From positions 17,450 to 81,449 of the forward strand of contig CAYUSB010000011.1 of NCBI GenBank assembly GCA_964447205.1: 64,000 bases of DNA, given 5' to 3'. The DNA comes from an uncultured Myxococcaceae bacterium (GTDB lineage Bacteria; Myxococcota_A; Polyangia; Polyangiales; Ga0077539). The notes under the pieces were generated by a model. It was not told the origin of the DNA, made no database searches, and saw nothing but the letters and a program-made list of their open reading frames with translations. Below, piece by piece: positions 35,999 to 44,502 of this stretch. A program made the position numbers and the translations under genes. Position 1 is the stretch's first letter; each line of letters begins with the position of its first letter.

Positions 35999-36418
35999 AT
36001 GTTTGTCCATCATCGCCCCGTACGATTCGCCGAGGTCGACGCGGCCCGCATCGTCTTCTTCGCCCGCTACCTGGAGTACTGCCACGACGCCCTGGAGGCC
36101 CTCTTCGGGGCCCTCGTGGGGGGATACCCCGCCCTCACCATGGGCCGCGACATCGGGATCCCCTCGGTGCACGCCGAGGTCGACTGGCGAGCCCCCCTGC
36201 GGTACGGCGACACGGCCCGGGTCGAGGTTCGGGTGCAGAAGCTCGGCCGTACGAGCATCACGTTTGGGCACCGGCTCGTGCGCGAGGCCGACGGGGTCGT
36301 GTGCGCCGACGTGCGGCAGGTGGTGGTCACCGCCCGCCTCGCCACCCTCGAGCCCGTGGCCCTGCCCGACGACGTCCGGGCCCTCCTGGCCCCGCACCTG
36401 GAGCCCGAAATCCCCTAA
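35999..36418 (+). CDS. acyl-CoA thioesterase (4HBT/YbgC-like hotdog fold)
   Basis: ATG 35999. Sequence VRFAEVDAARIVFFARYLEYCHDALEALF. Confidence 0.65.
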   Translation: MFVHHRPVRFAEVDAARIVFFARYLEYCHDALEALFGALVGGYPALTMGRDIGIPSVHAEVDWRAPLRYGDTARVEVRVQKLGRTSITFGHRLVREADGVVCADVRQVVVTARLATLEPVALPDDVRALLAPHLEPEIP

Positions 36419-36504
36419 GGTCTCGGGCTGAGGGCCCCGCCGTCGTACGCGCGAGGGCTCTGGGCGTTGTCAATCGCCCGGAGAGGTACTAAGAGCCTCG
36501 CGCC

Positions 36505-36981
36505 ATGCGAGAAGAGCCCTTCCGTACGACCACCCTGGAGGGCGACCTCATCGCCCGCGACCTGCGGGTGGCCATCCTCGCCAGCCGCTTCAACCACTTC
36601 ATCGTCGACCGCCTGGTCGAGGGGGCCCTCGACGCCCTGCGCCGTCACGGCGGGGCCGAGGCCACCGTCGTACGCGCCCCCGGAGCCTGGGAGCTTCCCC
36701 TCGTCTGCCGCCGCCTCGCGATGTCGGGCCGCTTCGACGCCATCGTGGCCCTCGGGGCCGTGATCCGCGGGTCGACCCCGCACTTTGACTACGTCTCCGC
36801 GGAGGTGAGCAAGGGGCTGGCGGGGGTGTCGCTCGACACGGGGGTTCCGGTGTCGTTTGGGGTGTTGACCACGGACACCATCGAGCAGGCCATCGAGCGG
36901 GCCGGGACCAAGGCCGGCAACAAGGGCTGGGAGGCCGCCGTGAGCGCCATCGAGACGGCCAACCTCCTCAAGGTGCTCTAA
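36505..36981 (+). CDS. ribH: 6,7-dimethyl-8-ribityllumazine synthase
   Basis: Sequence [20 protein letters not shown]...PGAWELP...[14 protein letters not shown]...GVLTT. Confidence 0.9.
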   Translation: MREEPFRTTTLEGDLIARDLRVAILASRFNHFIVDRLVEGALDALRRHGGAEATVVRAPGAWELPLVCRRLAMSGRFDAIVALGAVIRGSTPHFDYVSAEVSKGLAGVSLDTGVPVSFGVLTTDTIEQAIERAGTKAGNKGWEAAVSAIETANLLKVL

Positions 36982-36986
36982 ACGCG

Positions 36987-37457
36987 ATGGCCCAACGCCC
37001 TACGGCCTCTCGCCGCCCCCCGGCCCCGCCCGACCCCGGCCCGCGCCATCAAGCCCGCGAGGTCGCCGTCCAGGTTCTCTATGCCCTCGACTGCGGCAAG
37101 TCCTGGTCGCGCGAGGACGCCGAAGACTCCCTGCGGCAGTACTGGTCCCATATGGACGGCCCCGCCCCCGGGCGCCCCTACGGCGAGGCCCTGGTCCTCG
37201 GGGTGTTGGCCCAACACGACAGCCTCGACGCGGCCATCCGGGCGGCCAACCCCAACTGGCGCCTGGAGCGTATGGCCCGGGTCGACCGCAACGTCCTGCG
37301 GGTGGCGGCCTGGGAGATCCTGCACAACGCCGAGGTCCCCGTGGCCGTGGCCATCGACGAGGCCATCGAGCTGGCCCGGCGCTTCGGGGCCGACGACGCC
37401 GCGGCCTTCGTCAACGGCACCCTCGACAAGCTCGCCCGGCAGCACGGCAAGCTCTGA
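36987..37457 (+). CDS. nusB: transcription antitermination factor NusB
   Basis: Immediately follows ribH (the classic ribH-nusB pair). Sequence AREVAVQVLYALD...VDRNVLRVAAWEIL...AIDEAIELARRFG. Confidence 0.85.
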   Translation: MAQRPTASRRPPAPPDPGPRHQAREVAVQVLYALDCGKSWSREDAEDSLRQYWSHMDGPAPGRPYGEALVLGVLAQHDSLDAAIRAANPNWRLERMARVDRNVLRVAAWEILHNAEVPVAVAIDEAIELARRFGADDAAAFVNGTLDKLARQHGKL

Positions 37458-37481
37458 GGCGAGAGGCTACGGGCGCGGGTC

Positions 37482-38054
37482 ATGGATGTCCGCTTCGTCC
37501 CCCTGGAGCTTCCGCGCATCGACGCCCTGCGGGCCGAGGTGGCCGTCCTGCCCTTCTTCGCCGACGAGCGCCCCCTGCGCGGGGCCGCGGGGCTGTGCGA
37601 CTGGCGCCTCTGCGGCCGGCTCTCGCGCGTGCTGCAACGGGGGCGGGTGACGGGGGGGCTCGGGGAGGTGACATTGGTTCCGGGTCGGCCGCGGCTGCCG
37701 TTTGACAAGCTCCTGCTGGTGGGGTGCGGTCCGGCCCCGGCCTTCGACGAGGCGGCCCACGCCGCGGTGGTGGCCCGGGTGACCCGCACCCTGGAGGGGC
37801 TGCGCCTGCGCTCGTTCGCCCTGTCCCTGCCGGGCCGTGGGGCGGGACGGCTCGGGCCGGGCGAGGCCGTCCGGTGGTTTCTCCGGGCCCTGGAGGCCGA
37901 CGACCCCTTCGACGAGGTGATGATCCTCGACGAGGCCGAGGCCCACCGGGCCATGCTCCCCGTGGTCGAGGCCGAACGCCAGCGGCTCCAGCGCGCCCGC
38001 GAACGCCGAGACGCCGCCGCGGCCGAGGGCGACGACCCCGACGCCGAGACATGA
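37482..38054 (+). CDS. M17 leucyl-aminopeptidase N-terminal-domain-like protein
   Basis: 190 aa. Sequence LLLVGCGPA...; resemblance to the M17 N-terminal domain is from memory only. Confidence 0.35.
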   Translation: MDVRFVPLELPRIDALRAEVAVLPFFADERPLRGAAGLCDWRLCGRLSRVLQRGRVTGGLGEVTLVPGRPRLPFDKLLLVGCGPAPAFDEAAHAAVVARVTRTLEGLRLRSFALSLPGRGAGRLGPGEAVRWFLRALEADDPFDEVMILDEAEAHRAMLPVVEAERQRLQRARERRDAAAAEGDDPDAET

Positions 38055-38058
38055 AGCA

Positions 38059-38460
38059 GCCCTCACCCAATACTGCTCGCACGTCACCCATCTACCCTCT
38101 CCCGTGACCGGGAGAGGGTGCCATCGTACCGAAAGAATAGATGGGTGAGGGCCGCCGGGCCTGGCGAAATCCTCCCCGAATCTGGGCACAAACTTGCGCG
38201 GCGCAGTGCTCAGTCAACCCGCGGGGTACCTCTCGGCCGACGAGAAATTCCGAGCGCAGCCGAACACCAGACATCTCCGTGGGTAAATTTCAGCACAAAA
38301 AGAGGGGAAATGGGCTACGCGCGCGCCGCAGAGGGAGACACCTCTCCCCCATAGGGGCCCTACGCGCCACCACTCCTTCGATTCTCATAGCACATGGGAA
38401 CCCTCTCCCGGTTACGGGAGAGGGTAGATGGGTGACGCACGAACAGGATGGGGTGAGGGC
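38059..38460. repeat. two composite hairpin repeats bracketing a ~250-bp lower-GC non-coding segment
   Basis: 38084-38104 (TCACCCATCTACCCTCTCCCG) is the exact reverse complement of 38415-38435. Local hairpins are CCCTCTCCCG-N4-CGGGAGAGGG at 38095-38118 and 38401-38424. GGTGAGGGC recurs at 38144-38152 and 38452-38460. Confidence 0.8.
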
Positions 38461-38475
38461 TACAACGCCGCCCCT

Positions 38476-38982
38476 TCACCCCGCCACGCGCGTGAGCCCC
38501 GCGATCAGCACTGCGTGCTGGGGAAACTCCGCCGTCAGCCCCGCCCGGTCGGCCAGGACAAAATCGCGAAACTCAAACCCGGGGGCCACCGTGCACCCCA
38601 CCAGGGCCCACCGTCCCCCCTCGGCCACCCGGGCCCCAAACCACCACCCCGCCGGCACCACCGCCTGCGGAACCCCCGCCCCCGCGATCGACCCCACCCG
38701 CATCACCTGCAGGGCTCCGTCGGGGGCGATGCAGACCACCTCCAGGTCGTCGCCCGCGTAGTGGTGCCACACCTCGTCGCTCGCGATGCGGTGCAGGGCC
38801 GAAAACTGCCCCGCCTCCAGCAGGTAGTAGATCGCCGTCGACGCGCTCCGGGGCCCGTCGAGCCCCTCGGCCGTCACGACCCGCGCGTCGCGCCAGGTCT
38901 CGCGGTACCAGCCCCCCTCCGGGTGCGGGACCAGGCGAAACCGCACCAGAAGCCCCGCCACCGCATCATCATCTCGGCTCAT
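38476..38982 (-). CDS. cupin-fold protein (DUF985-like)
   Basis: ATG 38982. Sequence LVPHPEGGWYRETWR...IYYLLEAGQFSALHRI. Confidence 0.65.
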   Translation of the reverse strand: MSRDDDAVAGLLVRFRLVPHPEGGWYRETWRDARVVTAEGLDGPRSASTAIYYLLEAGQFSALHRIASDEVWHHYAGDDLEVVCIAPDGALQVMRVGSIAGAGVPQAVVPAGWWFGARVAEGGRWALVGCTVAPGFEFRDFVLADRAGLTAEFPQHAVLIAGLTRVAG

Positions 38983-40442
38983 GGCCCGACCTCCCGGGTG
39001 ACCGCCATCGGATACGCACAATATCGGGTCGAGAAGACCCCCGCGGGCCGGTGATTGCCGCTGTGACCGATGCCCCCGAAGGGCAGCCGGCTCGAGGCCC
39101 CCACCGTGGCCGCGTTGTGGCTCAAGGCCCCCACCCGCACCCGTCGGGCCACCTCCTCGAAGGCCGCAGCCCGGGCCGTCCAGACCCCCGCGCACAGCCC
39201 GTAGGGCGTGTCGTTGGCCACCGCAATGGCCTCGTCGAGGTCGTCGACCACGTACACCGCCAGGTCGGGGCCAAACAGCTCCTCGTGTTGGTACCGGCTC
39301 TCGGGGTCGGGCCGAGCGACCCGACGCACCCGCGGGGCCACGTAGTGCCCGCGTACGGCCTTGCCCGACCACACCACCGACGCCTCGGGCACGGGCCCCA
39401 CCGCGGCCGACCCCTCGGCCTCCGCCGCCCGCTGCAAGCTCTCAAACCGCGCCAGGGCTGACGGCGACGCCAACGGGCCACAGAACGCTCCCTCCTCGTA
39501 GGGATGGCCCACCCGCAGCCCCGCAGCCCGCCGCCCCAGGGCCTCGACGAAGCGCGCGGCGATGCCCCGGGTCACCACCAGGCGCGACACGCACGAGCAC
39601 CGCTGCCCTGTCGTGGCGAAGGCGCTCTGCGAGACATCGTCCAGGGCCTTGTCAAAGTCCGCGTCGTCGAGCACGAGGGCGGCGTTTTTGCCGCCGAGCT
39701 CCAGGGCCAGGATGCGCCCCGGAGAAGCCGCGTTGGCGGCCCGGAGCCGCGTCCCCACCGCGTACGAGCCCGTAAACAGAACCCCGTCGACCCCAGGGTG
39801 TTGCCCGAGGTGGGCCCCGACGCTCCCCTCCCCCTGCACGAGGTTGAACACCCCCGGAGGAAACCCCACCGACTCGACCACCTCGGCGTACCGTTGCCCA
39901 CACCCGGGGGTGACCTCGCTCGGCTTGAGGACCACCGTGTTGCCCATCAGAAGGGCCGGGACGATGTGCCCGTGGGACAGATGCATCGGGAAGTTGAAGG
40001 GCCCGAGCACGGCCAACACCCCGTGGGGGCGCCACCGCCACGAGAGCCGCGCGTCGACCTCCGTGTCGCGCACGAGGTCGAGTCCCTCCCCGAGGGTGAT
40101 GTCGACCTTGGAGACCAGGGCCCGGGCTTCAGCCCTGGCCTCGCGCAGGACCTTGCCCGTCTCGGCCACGATGACCGCGGCGAGGGAGTCCTCGGCGGCG
40201 ACGAGGGCCTCGCGCAGGCGCAGGAGATAACCCCGACGGGCCTCGAGGCCCAGGGCGTCCCAGGCGGGCCAGGCGGCCCGGGCGGACTCCACAGCCCGGT
40301 CAGCGTGACCGCGGTGCCACGACACCTCAGGCAGGGATTGATCGAGGTCGAAGGGGGCCACCCGGGTGATGACGCTCTCGGGGGCGTCGACCGGGAGCCA
40401 GCGCCCCGCCACAAACGATCCGCGGTCGGTCGATGGGATCAT
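38979..40442 (-). CDS. NAD-dependent aldehyde dehydrogenase (AstD-like)
   Basis: Motifs ELGGKNA, TTGQRCSC and VLKPSE. 487 aa. Stop overlaps the cupin start (ATGA). Confidence 0.85.
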   Translation of the reverse strand: MIPSTDRGSFVAGRWLPVDAPESVITRVAPFDLDQSLPEVSWHRGHADRAVESARAAWPAWDALGLEARRGYLLRLREALVAAEDSLAAVIVAETGKVLREARAEARALVSKVDITLGEGLDLVRDTEVDARLSWRWRPHGVLAVLGPFNFPMHLSHGHIVPALLMGNTVVLKPSEVTPGCGQRYAEVVESVGFPPGVFNLVQGEGSVGAHLGQHPGVDGVLFTGSYAVGTRLRAANAASPGRILALELGGKNAALVLDDADFDKALDDVSQSAFATTGQRCSCVSRLVVTRGIAARFVEALGRRAAGLRVGHPYEEGAFCGPLASPSALARFESLQRAAEAEGSAAVGPVPEASVVWSGKAVRGHYVAPRVRRVARPDPESRYQHEELFGPDLAVYVVDDLDEAIAVANDTPYGLCAGVWTARAAAFEEVARRVRVGALSHNAATVGASSRLPFGGIGHSGNHRPAGVFSTRYCAYPMAVTREVGP

Positions 40443-40509
40443 GGATCAAACTGCACCACGAACCCGCCCCCCGCGCAAAGGCTCACGGGCCCTCGCGCAG
40501 GAGAGGCCC

Positions 40510-41406
40510 TCAGGCCGCGGCCTGGCCGTACGGGACGGGGCGGTGGACGACCGTTCCCGCGGCGAGGCAGCGGGCCGTGCCCGCGTTGGTGGCCTCGGAC
40601 ACCATGCCAAACCAGCCCATTCCCGGGAGCTTCGCGATGGTCTCGTCGGTCTCGCGGAGGCGGTGCCGACCCTCGTCGTCGCCGAAGAGGTAGGCCCCGA
40701 CGAAATCGCGCTCCTCGCGGGGGGCCATCGATCCGCCGACGGGTTCCCACAGGGCGCGGAGGGAGAGGGTGGCCATCTTGCGGGCGAGGGCAGAGGCCAG
40801 TCGGCGCCGGGCCTGCTGGTAGTAGAACGCGAAATGCCGCCGCTCGTCCTTCACGATGCGCCGGGCCACCTGGGCGAGGATGGGGTTGCCCGACAGCTCG
40901 GCGAGGCGGGTGTACGCGTGCACGGCCGTGAGCTCATTGATGGCCCCCCAGGTCATGTGGGTGGCGATGAAGTCGGTCGACACCATCGACAGGGCCCGCC
41001 CCCCGGCGTCTTGCAAGACCTCGGTGAGCTTACGCGGCCGGGAGAACTCCTCGGTCGAGCGCTTGGACGCCGCGTGTCCGGTGGCCTCCAGGATCCTGGC
41101 CAGGGCCCGGCCGTGGTAGCACTCCTCGTAGCCCCAGCAGACCATAAAGGCCCGGGCCTCGTTGTCGGCGAGGGCGCTCGTCTCCATGAGGGCCTTCATG
41201 TAGTGGACGGTGTAGAATTCCGTGTCCTGCATGTACCGCAGGACGGCCACCTCGCTCGGGGAGATGGGATATTGGCCCGCGTCGTCGAGGTTGATCCCGG
41301 TCAGGTCGAGGGGCTTCGACGCCGTGATGAACTTGTCGAGGTTGAAGGGCGGAACCTCCTCACGGACCCCCTGAGGGGCCGTGGGAGTCGGGGTGCGTGC
41401 GCTCAT
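40510..41406 (-). CDS. ferritin-like di-iron protein (acyl-ACP-desaturase-like)
   Basis: Two ExxH motifs (GYEECYHG, KDERRHF) at a spacing typical of di-iron carboxylate proteins. Confidence 0.55.
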   Translation of the reverse strand: MSARTPTPTAPQGVREEVPPFNLDKFITASKPLDLTGINLDDAGQYPISPSEVAVLRYMQDTEFYTVHYMKALMETSALADNEARAFMVCWGYEECYHGRALARILEATGHAASKRSTEEFSRPRKLTEVLQDAGGRALSMVSTDFIATHMTWGAINELTAVHAYTRLAELSGNPILAQVARRIVKDERRHFAFYYQQARRRLASALARKMATLSLRALWEPVGGSMAPREERDFVGAYLFGDDEGRHRLRETDETIAKLPGMGWFGMVSEATNAGTARCLAAGTVVHRPVPYGQAAA

Positions 41407-41461
41407 GAGAAACCTTTGTGCGACCCGTCGGGCGGGGCCCGGGGATATCTGCGGTCTACTA

Positions 41462-42646
41462 CTACGTCTCGGGCGAATCGGTGACAGGGCCTCTGGGTTT
41501 GTCGGCCTCTTTGGCCTCGCGGGCCCGGCGCTCCAGCACGTCCGTGCCGAGGTACCGAAACACGTACGTCCCGCCCACGAACATGCACAGGAAGAGGGCG
41601 ATGAGCCGCCACAGGACCAGGTAGGGGATCTCGTAGACCCCCTGGACCCAGGGGGACATCAGCCGTGTGGACAGGGTCTCGGCGATGCCCGAGGCCCCCG
41701 GGGTGGGCGACAGGTACAGGGCGAAGTTAAGCATCGTCTGCACGAGGATCACCTGGATCACCGGGGGCCCGACGGTGACGAAGGTGTCGGGGGTGGTCGA
41801 CAGGCCGAGGCCCTTGAGGATGAAGAAGGCCGCGGTGAACCGCGCCCAGAAGAAGCCCACCGTGAGCAGGAAGGCCATCGCGAGGGCGGCCTTTCCGCGC
41901 TGGAGGTACACGAGGAACCCCGCGTGCACCCGGTCGACGGCGGCCACGAGTTGGGTCGAGATGACCCCCGGGCGCAGGGCGTCGTGGAGCACGAGGAAGG
42001 CGAGGCGATCGACGCGGGCCAGCAGGCGCAGGATGGCGTGCCAGGCGGGGCCCACGAGCCGGGCCCCCCCGCGGAACACGCCCTTGAGGAGGGGCGGGTG
42101 CACGACGCTGAGGATCAGCATCACGAAGCAGCTCCCGAAGACCAGGAAGCTGAAGCCTACGAGGTAGTCGAGCTGGGCGGCCCCCGGGAGCTGGAGGAGC
42201 CCCTGGGAGCGTAGGATGAGCAGGGTGGCCGCGGACAGGAGGAAGAAGAGGATGGTGCAGAAGGCCGTGAGGAGCTCGGCCGTGGCGATGGCCGCGAGGG
42301 GCATTCCGCCCTCGACGAGGGTCGCGACTTGAGCCACCGGGGCCCCGAGCTGGCCCGGGGTCACGCCCCCGACGAACATCAGGACAAACTCGCTGGCCAC
42401 GGCCGTCCGCGGGGTCAGGTGCGGGCACAGGACCCGCCCGAGCACAAACATCCGCAGGCCCCCGCAGACCCCCTCTTGCAGGGCCAGGGCTACGGCCAGG
42501 ACGAGCCACTGGGGTTGCACGGTGCCCAGGCCCGCGGCCATGTCGGCCTGCTGCCGTGACACGGCCCGCCAGGTCAGGAAGGCGAAGGTGATCAGGGTGA
42601 TCGCGACGATCCCCTGGATCCCGCGGATGAGGGCGGCACGGTTCAC
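41462..42646 (-). CDS. flippase-like membrane protein (UPF0104 / lysyl-PG-synthase TM-region family)
   Basis: Polytopic membrane protein. Start assigned to GTG 42646 because the upstream part of the 41462..43540 ORF overlaps the next gene and looks like shadow sequence. Confidence 0.55.
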   Translation of the reverse strand: MNRAALIRGIQGIVAITLITFAFLTWRAVSRQQADMAAGLGTVQPQWLVLAVALALQEGVCGGLRMFVLGRVLCPHLTPRTAVASEFVLMFVGGVTPGQLGAPVAQVATLVEGGMPLAAIATAELLTAFCTILFFLLSAATLLILRSQGLLQLPGAAQLDYLVGFSFLVFGSCFVMLILSVVHPPLLKGVFRGGARLVGPAWHAILRLLARVDRLAFLVLHDALRPGVISTQLVAAVDRVHAGFLVYLQRGKAALAMAFLLTVGFFWARFTAAFFILKGLGLSTTPDTFVTVGPPVIQVILVQTMLNFALYLSPTPGASGIAETLSTRLMSPWVQGVYEIPYLVLWRLIALFLCMFVGGTYVFRYLGTDVLERRAREAKEADKPRGPVTDSPET

Positions 42647-42666
42647 AAAGTGGAGGGGGGAGAGGC

Positions 42667-43680
42667 CTAGCCGCGACCGGGCTCGAGCCGGGCGAGGTTG
42701 TTGAGCGAGAGGCGGGCCTCGTTGACCGAGAACAGACCATAGACCCCGAGCGAGACCACCGCCAGGAGGACCCCTGCCGAGTGGCTGCACGACATGCCCG
42801 CGCTGCAGGCCCCGGCGTACCCCAGGAGCCCGAAGGCCCCCACGAGGAAGAGGGGCTCGACCCGGTTGGTCGCGCCCTGGAGCCGCAGGGACAGGGCCCG
42901 CAGTCCCAGAAAGAGGGTCCCCAGGATGGCGAAGCCCGCCGCCACCACCGCCGAGATGTGCCCGAGGGCGAAGACCAGGGCCACCGCCCCCTGGAGGGTG
43001 AAATACGCGAGGGCCGGGGCCAGGGAGTGCCCCACGGCCCGCACCCGCCCGAAGCGGCGCAGCTCGCCGAAGGCGATGGTGCACACGGGCCAGTAGTGGA
43101 AGAAGTCGTAGGCCGTGATGGGCCCGAGGTGGATCGTCCGCCACACCCCGTTGCCGTACACCGCCGCCACCACCATCGTAAACGAGAGCACCGTCACGCT
43201 CTCGATCTGGTTGAGCAGGCCGATGCGGAAGACCCCTGTCTCGGTCTGCTCCCAGCACGTCATGGCCGCGGCCCCGGGCACGAGGATGGCCCACATCACC
43301 AGGTGGCTCGGCGACGAGCCCAGGGCGTAGGCCGTCATCAGCCCGATGTACGTGGTGTTGAGGAGGTCGAGCCCGTGGTCGAGGAACTCCCCTGTGGCCG
43401 ACGACTGCCTGGTCCGCCGGGCGTGGGCCCCGTCGGCGTTGTCGCACCACATGTAGACCTGCACGAGCACCATCGAGGCAATGAACATCCACCCCCGGGT
43501 CGCCTGCCCCGCCACCAGGAGGGCGATGGCCGCGAGGCACAGGAGGTGCCCCGTGTGGGTGATGCTGTTGGGGTGCACCCGCGCCGGGATGAAGGGCAGC
43601 GTCGGCTCGACCAGGAAGCGCTTGTACCAGGGCAGAAGCAGCGACCGATCGTCGGCGGTGTAGACGATTCCGTTACCCAT
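42667..43680 (-). CDS. CDP-alcohol phosphatidyltransferase family protein
   Basis: Motif DNADGAHARRT...GEFLDHGLDLL (D-x2-DG-x2-AR...G-x3-D-x3-D), plus multiple TM helices. Confidence 0.8.
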   Translation of the reverse strand: MGNGIVYTADDRSLLLPWYKRFLVEPTLPFIPARVHPNSITHTGHLLCLAAIALLVAGQATRGWMFIASMVLVQVYMWCDNADGAHARRTRQSSATGEFLDHGLDLLNTTYIGLMTAYALGSSPSHLVMWAILVPGAAAMTCWEQTETGVFRIGLLNQIESVTVLSFTMVVAAVYGNGVWRTIHLGPITAYDFFHYWPVCTIAFGELRRFGRVRAVGHSLAPALAYFTLQGAVALVFALGHISAVVAAGFAILGTLFLGLRALSLRLQGATNRVEPLFLVGAFGLLGYAGACSAGMSCSHSAGVLLAVVSLGVYGLFSVNEARLSLNNLARLEPGRG

Positions 43681-43824
43681 GTCGTTTCAGCATCATGCAC
43701 ACATCGGGCGCACTCCCGCAAACTCCAGGAGCCCTTATTTTTGCGCAGATGGGCGAAGGCGAGGTGCGTCGCAGGCTACGCACGGAGGGCCCCTCCCGCG
43801 CGTCGCGGATGACGCAGGGAGCCC

Positions 43825-44502
43825 TCAGGCGCTCTCGGCCAGGACCTCGGCCCGGAGCTCGGAGGCGGTCACCCCGGCGGCCTCGGCGTCGGCCCACAGG
43901 GCGGCGAGCTCGCGGGCTCCCTGGAGGCTGGCGAGGAAGGGTTCCCACTCGGGGGGGCGCCCGGGGGCGAAGGCGAGGGCCAGGATGGGCGACCACCGGG
44001 GCCGGATGGGCTTCCGCAGGAGGCGCATGTTGGCCTCCGGGGGCGTCCGGCCTCCCTTGCGCAGGTTGCACGACCGGCACGAGCACACCACGTTGTCCCA
44101 GCTCATGGGCCCGCCCCGCGACCGGGGCATCACGTGGTCGAGGTTGAGGTTCTGGGGGCTCGCCCGCCGACCGCAGTACTGACAGGTGTGCCCGTCCCGC
44201 AGGAAGATGTTGCGTCGGGTCAGGCGCAGGGTCGACCGGGGCATCCGGTCGTAGGTCACGAGCTGCACCACCCTGGGCACGGCGATGGGCCCGCGGCTCG
44301 TGCCCACGGCGGGTTCGCCCGGCTCGGTCTCGCGCTCGGCCCAGGCGTCGAAGGTGTGGGCCACCCAGGCCCCGTCCATGGCCCGCGCGATGTCCGTCCA
44401 TAGCAGCACAAACGCGCGGCGGGCGGTCGTAATGTGCACCGCCTGCATGTGTCGGTTGACCACCAGCACCTGCAGGGCCAGCTCACGGGATGTTCCGCTC
44501 AT
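43825..44502 (-). CDS. HNH endonuclease domain protein
   Basis: Sequence CQYCGRR...LNLDHVMPRSRGGPMSWDNVVCSCRSCNLRKG. Start overlaps the selA stop (ATGA). Confidence 0.85.
   Translation of the reverse strand: MSGTSRELALQVLVVNRHMQAVHITTARRAFVLLWTDIARAMDGAWVAHTFDAWAERETEPGEPAVGTSRGPIAVPRVVQLVTYDRMPRSTLRLTRRNIFLRDGHTCQYCGRRASPQNLNLDHVMPRSRGGPMSWDNVVCSCRSCNLRKGGRTPPEANMRLLRKPIRPRWSPILALAFAPGRPPEWEPFLASLQGARELAALWADAEAAGVTASELRAEVLAESA

Noticed and set aside
36419-36504. FMN riboswitch upstream of ribH
   Set aside because: The gap is only 86 nt and I could not find the conserved RFN core elements. Needs an Rfam scan to be sure.
38092-38761. ORFs 38141..38761 (+), 38118..38354 (+) and 38092..38274 (-)
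   Set aside because: They cross the hairpin repeats and the antisense of the cupin gene, and have poor composition. The region is better explained as a non-coding repeat element.
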